DNA of 64,000 nt, taken from assembly GCF_963921235.1 (NCBI RefSeq), contig NC_086108.1:24056001-24120000 (forward strand), read 5' to 3'. A program made the translations under genes and the position numbers. This stretch comes from Mobula hypostoma (Eukaryota). Of this stretch, positions 11,560-23,644 are shown piece by piece. Position 1 is the stretch's first letter. Each line of letters begins with the position of its first letter. The notes under the pieces are model-generated. The model was not told the origin of the DNA and made no database searches. It saw only the letters and a program-made list of their open reading frames with translations.

Positions 11560-11972
11560 TTATATTTTGGAGGGTGAAGTGATACATTCATGCAGAATAA
11601 GAGACATGGTATAGAATGTGTAGTACTGCTCTGAAGAGTATCCAGGAATAGAGGAATCTGGATATACATGAAGATGACAGAGTCATGAAGAAAGCAGTTC
11701 GAAAAGCAAGTGGGATGGAAAATTAGATATGTAGGCTATTAAAATAGGAAGGTTGGGTTGAACAATTATCAAACACTGGATTCAGCACAACTGGAGACTA
11801 CATTACTTGTCCACATTCTAAGAAGAAATAATGGTCTGATAGAGGAGCTCTGCCAGAGGGAAGAGAAATTTCAGTAGTAAGATTAAACAGTAGGAGCTGG
11901 GATTGTTCTCTTTGGAGCAACTGAAATTGAAAGAAGGTTTGACAGAAATGGACAAAAATTAGATGGGAATGG
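11560..11972 (+). mobile_element. Old CR1 fragment, continues at 15120-15210
   Basis: Decayed ORF2 C-terminus (cagcacaactggagac..., ctgggattgttctctttggagc) interrupted by the hAT element. Confidence 0.6.
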
Positions 11973-11979
11973 TGTAGAT

Positions 11980-14900
11980 CAGGGGTAGGCAACCAAGATA
12001 GTGAACAGTAAAGATGTCAGGAAGGACAGGCAGGTGATGTGCGATAAAGTTGCAGAGGAATCAAAGCAAGAAGTACCAAATACTGGACTTAAGGTGTTAT
12101 ACTTAAATGCATGCAGCATAAAGAATAAAGTGGATGATCTTGTCGTACAACTACAGATTGGCAGGTATGATATTGTGGCCATCACTGAGACGTGGCTAAA
12201 GGATGCATGTCTCTGGGAGCTGAACATCCAAGGATACATGGTGTATTGGAAGGATAGGCAGGTAGGCAGAGGGGGAGGCGTGGCTTTATTGGTAAGAAAT
12301 GATGTTAAATCATTAGAAAGAGGTTACATAGGATCGGAAGGTACAGAATCTATATGGGTTGAGCTAAGAAATCGCAGGGGTAAAAGGACCCTGATGGCAG
12401 TTATATACAAGCCTTCTAACAGCTGCAGTGACGTGGACTACAAATTACAACAGGAAATAGAAAAGGCTTGTCAGAAGGGCAGTATTATGATAATTGTGGG
12501 GGATTTTAACATGCGAGTGGATTGGGAAAATTAGATCAGCACTGGGTCTCAAGAGAGAGAATTTGTAAAATGTCTACAAGATGGCTTTTTAGAACAGCTT
12601 GTTGTTGAGCAAACAAGAGGATCGGTTGTACTGGATTGGGTATTGTGTAATGAACCAGAAGTGATTAGAGAGATTGAGGTGAAGGAACCCTTAGGAGGCA
12701 GTGATCATAACATGATTGAGTTCACTGTGAAATTTGAGAAAAAGCCAAAATCCGATGTGTCGGTATTTCAGTGAAGTTAGGGAAATTACAGTGGCATGAG
12801 AGAGAAACTAACCAAAGTTGACTGGAAAGGGACACTAGCGGGAAGGATGGCAGAGTCAGCAGTGGCTGGAGTTTATGTGAGAAGTGAGGAAGGTGCAAAA
12901 CAGATATATTCCAAAAAAGTAGAAATTTTCAAATGGAAAAAGGATGCAACCGTGGCTGACAAGAGAAGTCAAAGCCAAAGTTAAAGCAAAGGAGAGGGCA
13001 TACAAGGAAGCAAAAATTAGTGGGAAGACAGAGGATTGAGAAGTTTTTAAAGCTTACAAAAGGAAATTAAGAAGGTCATTAAGAGGGAAAAGATGAATTA
13101 TGAAAGGAAGCTAGCAAATATTATCAAAGAGGATACTAAAAGCTTTTTCAAGTATATAAAGAGTAAAAGACAGGTGAGAGTAGATATAGGACCGATAGAA
13201 AATGATGCTGGGGAAATTGCAATGGGAGATAAGGAGATGGCAGAGGAACTGAACGAGTATTTTGCATCAGTCTTCACTGAGGAAGAACATCAGCAGTATA
13301 CCGGACACTCAAAGGTGTCAGGGAAGAGAAGTACGCGCAGTCACACTTATGACAGAGAAAGTACTCAGGAAGCTGAATAGACTAAGGGTAGATAAATCTC
13401 CCGGACCAGATGGAATGCACCCTCGTATTCGGAGGGAAGTAGCTGTGGAGATTGCAGAGGCATTAGCAATGATCTTCTAAAAGTCAACAGATTCTGGCTT
13501 GGTTCCAGAGGACTGGAAGATTGCAAATGTCACTCTACTATTTAAGAAGGGGGCAAGGAAGCAAAGAGGAAATTATAGACCTGTTAGCTTGACATCGGTG
13601 GTTGGGAAGTTGTTGCAGTCGATTGTCAAAGATAAGGTTACTGAGTACCTGGAAGCATATGACAAGATAGGCAGAACTCAGCATCATGGTTTCCTTAAAG
13701 GAAAATCCTGCCTGACAAACCTATTACAATTTTTTGAGGAAATTACAAGTACGCTAGACAAGGGAGATGCAGTGAATGTTGTGTATTTGGGTTTTCAGAA
13801 GGCCTTTGACAAGGTGCTGCACATGAAACCGCTAAACAAGATAAGAGCCCATGGAATTACGGGAAAGTTACATACGTGGATAGAGCGTTGGCTGATTGGC
13901 AGGAAACAGAGAGTGGGAATAAAGGGATCCCATTCTGGTTGGCAGCGGTTACCAGTGGTTTTCCACAGGGGTCCATGTTGGGGCCGCTTCTTTTTACGTT
14001 GTACATCAACGATTTGGATTATGGAATAGATGGCTTTGCGGCTAAGCATGCTGATGATGCAAAGATAGGTGGAGGGGCTGGTAGTGCTGAGGAAACAGAG
14101 TCTTCAGAGAGACTTGGATAGATTGGGAGAATGGGCAAAGAAGTGGCAAATGAAATACAATGTTGGAAAGTGTATGGTTATGCACTTTGGCAGAAGAAGT
14201 AAACAGGCAGACTATTATTTAAATGGGGAGAGAATTCAAAGTTCTGAGGTGCAACGGGACTTGGGAATCCTCGTACAGGATACCCTTAAGGTTAACCTCC
14301 AGGTTGAGTCGATGGTGAAGAAGGCAAATGCAATGTTGGCATTCATTTTTAGAGGAATAGAGTATAGGAGCAGGAATATGATGTAGAGGCTCTATAAGGC
14401 ACTGGTGAGACCTCACTTGGAGTACTGTGTGCAGTTTTGGTCTCCTTATTTAAGAAAGGATGTGCTGACGTTGGAGAGGATTCAGAGAAGATTCACTAGA
14501 ATGATTCCGGGAATGAGAGGGTTAACATATGAGGAACATTTGTCGGCTCTTGGACTGTACTCCTTGGAGTTTAGAAGAAAGAGGGGGAACCTTATAGAAA
14601 CATTTTGAATGTTGAAAGGCATGGACAGACTGGATGTGGCAAAGTTGTTTCCCATGGTGGGGGAGTCTAGTACGAGTGGGCATGACTTAAGGATTGAAGG
14701 GTGTCCATTCAGAACAGAGATGCGAATAAATTTTTTTAGCCGGAGGGTGGTGAATCTGTGGAATTTGTTGCCACAGTCAACAGTGGAGGTCAAGTCATTG
14801 GGTGTATTTAAGGCAGAGATTGATAGGTATCTGTGTAGTTGGGGCATCAAAGGTTATGGTGAGAAGGCGGGGTGTGGGACTAAATGGGAGAATGGATCAG

Positions 14901-15118
14901 CTCATGATAAAATGGCGGAGCAGACTCAATGGACTGAATGGCCGACTTCTGCTCCTTTGTCTTATGGTCTTATGGTCTTAATTTGAGGCAAAATGTAACT
15001 AGATGTATTTAAATGGATAATTCCCACATTTCAAAATTTTTATGGCATTTATCTGGCCCACCGTCTGCTCATTAATACGCGATCTGGACCACAGAGGCAA
15101 AAAGGTTGCTGACCCCTG
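11980..15118. mobile_element. hAT (Charlie-like) non-autonomous element split by a CR1 insertion
   Basis: TIRs CAGGGGTAGGCAACC (11980) and GGTTGCTGACCCCTG (ends 15118); flanking 8-mers gtgtagat / gtttagtt match 6/8 and resemble the NTCTAGAN target. Confidence 0.75.
11996..14980 (+). mobile_element. CR1 LINE with nearly complete but disrupted ORF2 (APE endonuclease + RT)
   Basis: LYLNACSIKNK, DIVAITETWL, GGGVAL, VGDFN, KSPGPDG, NYRPVSLTS, QGSMLGP, HADD and RPHLEYC motifs spread over several frames; (CTTATGGT)n tail. Confidence 0.95.
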
Positions 15119-15217
15119 GTTTAGTTGGAGAGAAGAAGAAAGTTACTCTCAATAGCAGATAATTCAAGAAAGTGGGGATACGGGTTTCGTGTGCCGGCCA
15201 AAAACACATGAGTAATG

Positions 15218-15990
15218 TAGAACATAGAACAGTACAGCAGAGTACAGGCCTTTTTGACCTACAATGCTATGTCGACTTTTTAATCTATCACCTCCCTCCC
15301 ACATAGCCCTCCAGTTTTAACATCATGTGCCTATCTAAGAGTTTCTTAAATGTTCCTAATGTACCTGCCTCTACCACCACCCCCAGCAGCAGTGCATTCC
15401 ATGCATTTACTCCTCTCTGCATAAAATAAACTACCTCTGATATCCCCGAGACTTTTTTCCAATCATCTTAAAATGATATCCTCTTGTATTAGTCAGCATC
15501 ACCCTAGGAAAGAGATGCTGGCTGTCCACTCTATCCATGCCTCTGATTATATACATCTCTATCTTCCTTCATTCAAAAGAGAAAAGCCAGAGCCTTCTCC
15601 ACCTTCACCAATAAGATGTGCTCTCTAATCCAGGCAGCATCCTGGCAAGTCCTTCTGCATCCTCCCTAAAGCTTCCAAATCTTTCCAATGATAAGGGGAC
15701 CAGAACTGAACAAAATACTTCACCTGTGGTCAACATTACCTTGTGGCTCATCATCTCAATGCTCTGAATAACACCATACACCTTCTTAATGATCCAATGA
15801 GGAATCTATGGACGTGGGCACCAAGATCCCTCTGTTCCTCCATACTGCAAAGAATCATGCCATTATCCTTGATCTTTACCTTCAAGTTCAACTTTCCAAA
15901 GTGTATCATTTCTCACTTTCCCAGATTGAACTCCATCTGCCACTTCTCAGCCCAGCTCTGCATCCTATGCTATCCTGTTGTAACCTAGGA
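15218..15990 (-). mobile_element. Old CR1 3' portion
   Basis: (TAGAACA)n tail then the reverse complement of the ORF2 end (gaccagaactgaacaaaatact; caactttccaaagtg). Confidence 0.75.
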
Positions 15991-16227
15991 AATTTCTTTA
16001 AAACACCAGGTGGAACTCACTGTCCAAGTGGGTAGTGAAAGTAGCGTCAATGCAGACTTTCCAAAAAGGGAATTCCATTGACACTTAAGGTACAATGCAA
16101 GAGGATGGATCTGAACAGAACGTTCTTCAGGGAGCCAACTTGGCCTGAATGGATCAAAGAGCTCTTCACATGCTCTAAAAATTCTCATAACTCTTTCACT
16201 CTCTATGATCACCACCACACATCCTCC

Positions 16228-16270
16228 AACACAAACACACGCACGCGTGCACACACACACACACCCACAA
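16228..16270. repeat. (CA)n-like microsatellite
   Basis: acacaaacacacgcacgcgtgcacacacacacacacccac. Confidence 0.8.
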
Positions 16271-16364
16271 AGTATCAACAATAGAGATTTCCTCTTTGGA
16301 ACTTCACCATTAAAGTGAAAGAATGCTGACAGAACACTACAATTCAAGTGACCTTTTTATCAGA

Positions 16365-17880
16365 GCAACAGTGTGCTGGAGAAACTTAGTTGATAATGTG
16401 CTATCCGTGGGAAGAACAAAATTGTTGATGTTTTGAGTCGAAATCTTGCATCAGGCTGAGAGTGGAGAGGTGAGATGGCCACTATAAAGAGGAGAGGTGA
16501 TAAGGGATTTTAGGGCGATTGGTGAACTGAGTAAGGGTGTGAGAGGACAGGCAGATGGTATGAGGTAGGGTAGTGAAGTTGGAAGGCAGGTGAATGATAG
16601 AAGAAGACAGGAAAAAAGGGAGGATAAAGAAATGACTACAGATGAGGCAAGAAGTTGGGGGGGGGGAAGGAAAGCACGTGAAGATAGATGACATTGCTGG
16701 AGGGAGATAGGCTGGGTCACCAAGTGTACCAGTAAAGAAGGTGAGATGAGAATGGGAACAATCACAGGAGAGGAGAACAGTAATTGATACCAGACAGAAG
16801 TGGGAGATTGTAAACCTATGTGTGAAATGGTTTAGAGTCACGAGAGGGAAGGCGATGGGTGAAAGAGGTTGGGAGCTGGTGGGAAAGTGGACAAAATGGG
16901 ACCAGAAGATCAGAAGGAAGGGGAAAGTTGGGGTTTGGGTAAAAAAGTACAAGGAGAGGGGTTACTTAAAAATGGAAAATTCATTACTTATACCAGCCAG
17001 AATATTAAGTGTTGCTTCTGCAACTTGTATTGGGCTTCATCCTGGTAGTAGAGATGGACAAGGATTGAGAAGGGAAGTTGAAATTGTTTGCAACTGGGAG
17101 CTTAGGATGGCCATTGCAAACTGAGTATAGGTATTCTGTGAAATGGTTTCTTGAATCAGCGCTTGGCCTCACCAAAGGCTGCAGTCAAGGTTAGAGGAGG
17201 CGCATCTTTGACTCACCTGGAAGGGCTGTTTAGGTCTCGTAATGGTGGTGAGGAAGGAGATGCAAAGACAAATGTTTCATTTACTGTGAGGGAGGGCGGA
17301 AAGGGATGGGGAGGACAAGATGTGGCTGGTGATGGGATCCTGCGGCAGCTTGCAGAACTGACAAAGCTCTCACTTCATACACAGGTTCCCCCAACAGTCC
17401 TTCAGCTCAATCCTTACAGTTCCCATTCTTACCTCCTTTGTTAATTAAAGTATTCATTTCAGGTAATGCTTTGAGTTCCTGCTTAATTCCCTCCAGTAGC
17501 TGTGTCCTATCCTCACATTCTCCTCCTCCCAACCACCACTTTACTCCACCTGTATTTTTGTTTCCTTTTTCTCCTCACTTTGTCAGTCTCATCTATCCAT
17601 CGCCTTCCAGAGTCTTCCATCTCCACCGCTGCTCAATTCCCTGACATGGCCCTACCTGCCTGTCATCTTACCACCTCAGTCTACCAATTGCTTCAGAATC
17701 TTTCCTGCCATTCCCCCACTCCTCTTCATATTGGCCATCTCCACTCTCCACTCTCAGTCTTGATGCAGAGCTTTGACCCAAAAAAACGACAATTTCTTCC
17801 CTCCCACAGATGCTGCCTGACCCGCTCACTTCCTGCTGCAGATTGTTTGCTGTTCCAAATTCCAGCACTGCAGTCTCGTG
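16365..17880. mobile_element. Degenerate Penelope remnants in inverted arrangement (minus 16365-17350, plus ~17480-17880)
   Basis: A purine-rich block is mirrored by a pyrimidine-rich block; decayed GIY-YIG region on minus (cgcttggcctcaccaa, gttgcaactggga); terminal motifs at both ends (gtgctggagaaactt; gatgctgcctgacc...ttccagcactgcag). Confidence 0.65.
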
Positions 17881-18185
17881 CCAACCTTGCAATTAGCCTA
17901 TCTTGAACTCCTCTTGGGAAGTATGAGGTTCATGACACTGTTGGTCAGTGCATGGCTACTAGTCCTGGAGCAGGGAACACTGCATCATGCTGAATCTCGA
18001 CCCAGAAAAGCAGAAAGTGCAAGTCAAGATTAGTAGGAGAGCAAAGGACAAGGCCATATGTGTCACTGATATGATTGAAAGGGGTCCAAAAAAAAAGCAG
18101 TGATGAAGTAGTAGGAAGTTTCTGAAGTTAATAAAAAAGTTATTTTCAGAATCACAGCTGTATGCAATTCTCAAACACCAATTAC

Positions 18186-18245
18186 CTTGTCCCAAGCCAC
18201 TTGCTCGGAGCTCTCTGGGATTCAGAATATAGAGTGTGAAAGCTT
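18186..18245 (-). CDS. Candidate exon (AFTLYILNPRELRASGLGQ)
   Basis: Acceptor ccatttctgatatacag, donor AAG/gtaatt; phase 1 to 1 fits both neighbours. Confidence 0.45.
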
Positions 18246-18773
18246 CTGTATATCAGAAATGGAGTCGGGTGAAATTTAGTCTATCAATCTGTTTTCATGT
18301 AACTTCCCTTTTCAGGCAAATGGTTAGATGTGAATTATGGAACCTGTACAAAATTTATCTTGTGATTTTTAAACGTTATTTCAGGTGCTTTATCACTGTA
18401 AATAATCTATAATCTTTTATAGTTGAGTACAGATTATGGGGCACCAGGGATAGACTGCAGTGTGAAGAATCTTCAACCACAATTAAACAAGCAAAAAAAA
18501 TTCAAGTTAGTGCAGAAGCTGATATGAATTCATTTAAAATTAAGCCGAGAGGACCTCCCGACAGGACTTCTTTCTGCTCTGTTAGTAATGGTGAAGAAAA
18601 CCAATTACAAAAAAATTCTTGTTTAACGAGCAACTCTCCTATGTAAAGGGTACATTGAACATCTTACATGAGCAGGAAGGAAAATCTAGTCTGGAAATTC
18701 ATTTAAAGTGCTTTAGAACTCCAGCAGATGCATACTTTTGAGATTTTAAGGCAAACATCATGTTAATTTGTAC

Positions 18774-18828
18774 CATTTGATTCATCTTTTGATGGGCCCA
18801 CACACAGGGCGGGAAGCCTTGAGCCCCA
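18774..18828 (-). CDS. Candidate exon (WGSRLPALCVGPSKDESN)
   Basis: Acceptor ctgctttgcctcatag, donor ATG/gtacaa; phase 0 to 1. Confidence 0.4.
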
Positions 18829-19170
18829 CTATGAGGCAAAGCAGCCCTAGCATGTAGAAATAGTCTCATTACCACCCCACTCAATTTTACTTTTCCAGCT
18901 GGCCAGCATTACTGCTGTTATCTGAGTATTACACAGATCATCTGATTAATCTTTTGCAGATGTATCTACAATGCCATAGGTGAATTCAGAAGCTATACTT
19001 ATATCATGATGTTAGAACACCGCAGAGAAATTGAAATGTTTTCATTGCCTCTTGGAGAGATGGTCTTCTGTGGAAGGGAGGGTATGCTTATGCAGAAAGT
19101 GTTCCATTCCACAATGTAAAGCAGACCCAAATCTGTAGTGATCCTATTCCATAAGTTGCATGCAGCTTAC

Positions 19171-19198
19171 CTGTGTTGGATCTATAGTGCTCTGCTCC
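19171..19198 (-). CDS. Candidate micro-exon (EQSTIDPTQ)
   Basis: Acceptor actgtattgcag, donor CAG/gtaagc; phase 2 to 0. Confidence 0.45.
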
Positions 19199-19374
19199 CT
19201 GCAATACAGTTATATAATTTCTACGCACTGAAATTCTGAGCATCGCCTCCTTCTCTAAAGTATATTTATTCTCAATCCAATCTAATTGCTCTAAATGTTC
19301 TGTCACATTTCCTCAGCAAGAGAAGCCTTTCTTCATGAGTGATCTTCATGATTCTTGAGTGATCTTTCTTCATG

Positions 19375-19856
19375 TGCTGAGAAGATCATTGGGGTCTCTC
19401 TATCACAGACATTTACACCACACACTGCATCTGCAAAGTAAACAGCATTATGAAGGACCCCATGCACCCCTCATACAAACTCTTCTCCCTCCTGCCATCT
19501 GGAAAAAGGCACCGAAGCATTTGGGCTCTCACGACCAGACTATGTAACAGTTTCTTCCCCCAAGCCATCAGACTTCTCAATACCCAGAGCCTGGACTGAC
19601 ACCAACCTGTTGTACCCTCTACTGTGCCTATTGTCTTGTTTATTATTTATTGTAGTGCCTGCACTGTTTTGTGCACTTTATGCAGTCCTGGATAGGTCTG
19701 TAGTCTAGTGTAGTTTTTGTGTTTTTTCTTACGTAGTTCAGTGTAGTTTCTTTCATGTAGCACCATGGTCCTGGAAAATATTGTTTCATTTTTACTATGT
19801 TCTGTACCAGCAATTATGATTGAAATGACAATAAAAACTGACTTGACTTGACTTGA
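19375..19856 (+). mobile_element. Rex1/Babar LINE 3' end
   Basis: HPSYKLFSLLPSG...NSFFPQAIRLLN peptide, 3' UTR, AATAAA and (GACTT)n tail. Confidence 0.85.
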
Positions 19857-20171
19857 ATTGCTATGACTAAGAGCATAGAATATCCTGGATGACTGTAGAA
19901 ATGTTGAAGTGGAAATGGATCCTGAATCACCATAGTATTATATTCCATCTTCGAACTTCTTGCCCACTCACTGAACCTAACTTTATTACTTTGCTCATAT
20001 GTACTGTATAGCTCTTTGCATCTTCTTCAAAACTTCACCTATCTTTGTTTCATCAACTTACTACAGTACATTTGATGAGTTCTTCACTGAGTTATTTAGA
20101 CTAGGTTTATCGAAGCGCCTACTTTGATCATGTGGCTGATTGCTGATCTGAATATAACCTATTTTTCCAGA

Positions 20172-20480
20172 TTCTCAGAACCAGAATCAGATTCAAGTTT
20201 AATACTACTGGTATATGTCATGAAATTTGTTGTCTCTGTAGCACAGTTCAATGCAATACATAAAAAGAGGGGGTAAACTGTAAATTACAGGAAGTAAACA
20301 GTTAATTATGTAGTGCAAAAATAAAAATAAAAATAAAGTGATGGATTCAATGCCCATTCAGAAATCAGATGACGGACAGGAAGAAACTGTTACTGAATCA
20401 CTGAGTGTGTGCCTTCAAGCTCCTGTACCTCCTTTCTGACAGTAACAATGAGAACAGAGCATATCCTGGGCAATGGGGTT
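20172..20480 (-). mobile_element. Rex1/Babar-type 3' fragment
   Basis: (CAGAAT) tail, cattcagaaatcagatgacggacaggaagaaactgtt, ctcctgtacctcc. Confidence 0.7.
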
Positions 20481-20679
20481 CTGTTATTCTTGCCAATTCC
20501 ATGTTTTTTTATCTTGTGCTGTATGTTTTGTTGTGTGACCCCTCATCAAATGCCTTCTGGAAATTCATTTTCACTACACCTACTGGTTCACCTTTATCTG
20601 CCTTGTTTCTTACAATAATATGGAAGTTTCACAGCTACTATTACATAGCTAGCTTTAAGTCCACATTCACTTTATGCAC

Positions 20680-20990
20680 ACGGTAGTGCAACTAGTGGAG
20701 CTGCTGCTTCACAATACCAATGACCCGAGTTTGATCTTGATCTCCAGTACCCCCTTGTGTGAAGCTTACACATTCTCTCTGCAACCGCATCAGGTTTCCC
20801 TGAGTGCTCTGCCATCCTTCCACATCCCAAAAGATATGCAGGTGAGTAGGTGAATTGGCTACTGTAAGTAACAAGTAACCACTAACATGCAGATTGCTAG
20901 TAGAATATGAAGGAAACTGATGTTATTGTGGGGAGAATAAAATGGGTTTAGTGTAGGATTAGTACTTACAGATGGTTGATGTGGACTCAC
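20680..20990 (+). mobile_element. tRNA-derived V-domain SINE
   Basis: cacggtagtgcaactagtggagctgctgcttcaca...ccgagtttgatc head; gtgctctgccatccttccacatcccaaaagat core. Confidence 0.75.
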
Positions 20991-21009
20991 TGAGACAAAG
21001 CAGCTGGCA

Positions 21010-21355
21010 TGTTGGGATATGAACTCGCTTGACAGGAGATACAGGAAGGTAGCTATACATAAAGTGCCGGACACAGGTAACTAACTGGGTGACCACCAGG
21101 AGAGGGAAAGGGGATGGTCAGCCAGTTTAGGGTACATTTCTGGCTGTTCCCCTTAATAACAAGTATATTGTTTTGGATCATCTGGGGGTGGGGGAGGGGG
21201 GATGACCTAGCAGAGGAAAGTCACATCAGTCAGGTCTCTGGCACTAATTCTGAATCTGTGACTCAGAAGGGAATGTGGAAGAAGAGGTGAACAGTAGTGA
21301 CAGGGGATTAATGGTTGGGGGAATTGACAGGAGGTACTATGGATGAGACAAGATT
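21010..21355 (+). mobile_element. CR1 ORF1 (SGNH esterase-like) remnant
   Basis: Decayed WVTTRRGKG...VPLNNKY...VVTGD*MVGGIDRR, matching the VIGDSIVRG esterase motif of CR1 ORF1. Confidence 0.6.
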
Positions 21356-22299
21356 TCCGGTTGTCAGCTCAGCTACTCTGCCACTTGACTCTAAGGTAGA
21401 CCATGGTAGAAGTGAAGAAGCTTTGTTGACAAGGCCAGTCATAGCTTGCGCTTTCAGTGGCTGATTCATGTTGAGCTGCAGATGTGAAGGGAAGCCAAAA
21501 CGCCACAAGTGCAGATATTCCATTACCAAAATCTTGGTGAATAAACAACTTTGATGTTGCTCTGTAAGAAGATGTACGGTCAAGGAAAGGAGATACTGCT
21601 TCTTTTCGATGAGTAGATGAGAGCACTGGCCTCCTAATGCAGTGGTGCATGTCATTTCAGGGTGGGTGATCCAGAAGTTAAGATGTTGGAGATCAGACTA
21701 AGAGGCCAAGTACATGTGCATGCTGTATAGATCTCCGGCAGCACTACCTCGCATCAACAGAGCTGCTGGGTTCATTTGTCCAAAGAGCAAATGCTAGCCA
21801 TGTGGATCCCGAGACATTTCTGGGGGCAGGTCTATGGACAAGAGCTCTTCCTCTCCCTCAACAACACCCCCATCCCCACCCTCAAGCACTCTGAGTGCAT
21901 ATGCCTTGCCTCAGGTCCCAGTTTTGTGCTTCTGGCCTGGGCAGCACACATGGTGGCACTTCCACACATGCAACTGAGGCATCGGGGAAATAACTAGCAC
22001 TGCTTTGATGATGTAGTCAGTGCCCACCTCACTGCCAAGTGGCAAGTAAAGTTCAAAGGAAGACCTTTGCCCTTTAGAGTGTTCATCCATCGCCATCAAA
22101 TTGTCATTCCCTATGAGTATTTCAAAAGGTTTCTGCAGCAACAAAATGTGACACTGTTTCATCTGCAAGCAATCTAAAAGAAGTCTGCATGGTGAATGAT
22201 GCTGTTATGTGTGCATCCAATGTGTCAAATATCTTGGGTTTGCAACAGTATTATTTACAAAGAATAACCTTGATTCTGATGGTTTATGCACAAAAGCAT

Positions 22300-22620
22300 A
22301 AAATTCAATCACAGAACTCCTTAGACAGCGTCTTCCAAACCCACAACCCCTACCAACTTGAGCACGGGCATCAACAGCATAGGAACAGTATTACTTAGAA
22401 GCTGCTCTCCAAGCCATGCACTATCCTGACTTGAAAATACATTGACGTGTCTTTACAGTTGCTGAGTCAAAGTCCTGTAACCCCCTCCCGAACAGCAGTA
22501 CGGGTAAACCCACAACTCAAGGACTGCTGCTATTCAAGCTGACAACTCATCATTGCCTTCTCAAGGGCAATTAGGGATGGGTGACTGAAAGTTGGCTCAG
22601 CCTGTGAAGCCCATATCCCT
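22300..22620 (+). mobile_element. Old CR1-like 3' end
   Basis: cttccaaacccacaacc...ctccaagccatgcactatcctgacttg...caagggcaattagggatggg. Confidence 0.55.
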
Positions 22621-22794
22621 AGCATAAATTAAAAATAAAACACAGTACTAAAGCACAGAGACTTGCACACCTGAGTGCCCAGGTGCCTGCTTCCATTGAT
22701 ACACTGAGTCTGTGCTGAATGGGAGACTGAAGTGCTTTTCCACAGTCTGTATTCCTGTCAGTGTTGTTAATGTAAAGTTCCTTATGACTGGTAC

Positions 22795-22839
22795 CGAGAA
22801 TCAAAATGCACTTTCCACACACACTTCCCACAGTGCATC
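22795..22839 (-). CDS. Candidate exon (MHCGKCVWKVHFDS)
   Basis: Acceptor tttttgctcatcagctcatag, donor TCG/gtacca (weak); phase 2 to 2 fits both neighbours. Confidence 0.35.
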
Positions 22840-23644
22840 CTATGAGCTGATGAGCAAAAATGCCATTTAACAGTGGGTTTCACATTCGATTAATCACTAA
22901 CTTAATGGATTTTACTTATTAATTGTCATTTAGAGATAGAGGCCATATCTTGATTTGTGTGTAATTCAATTAAGTAAGTCCGAATGAGTATAATTAAAAT
23001 GCTACTACTTAATCATGTCAGTGGAAGAGAAATGCCAAGCTCCATGTTTGGTGTTACCCAACATTATTTATGGTCAGCATACTTCCTTCATAAATTTATG
23101 AAGATACATGAATATTAATAAATACATTTTGTTGTAGAGAAACTATCTTTTGAAGACAACTATTATGGTACAATTGGCTATAAATGTCAATCATTTACAA
23201 TAGTACAGTGCAGCAACAAGCTCTTCGGCTCGCAATGTTATAATAAACTAATTAAACTAATGATGCCTGCACACGTTCCATATCTGTCCATTCTCAGTGT
23301 GTAGGTGTTTTGCTGGACTCTATAATTTTATCTATTGTAAGATCTCCTGTTTTAGAGGTAAATTCAATCAAAATGCTGAGTAATTTATTACCTACTTAGG
23401 GAACACATCCAATATAATTATTCCCTTTCTCTCTTTGCTTCAGACTAGATCAAAGTGTTTTGCACATCTTTTTCCTGAATAGCTTGAATGTAGAGTGAAC
23501 TAATGAGAAAGGTCTCACTGACAGAGAACAGAAGAGCAAAACAGAGATGAATCAAGGGTAAAATCAAACACTATGTAATTATTATCAACAAATCACCTGT
23601 AATAGCAGAGGAATTAACACACTGGACACTCTTACACTCTCACA

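Noticed and set aside
16451..17906. Several 100-156 aa ORFs
   Set aside because: Low-complexity translations of decayed Penelope purine/pyrimidine tracts.
21360..22000. GC-richer block with 73-115 aa ORFs
   Set aside because: No recognisable motif, splice pattern or terminal repeat; may be an old repeat but cannot be supported.
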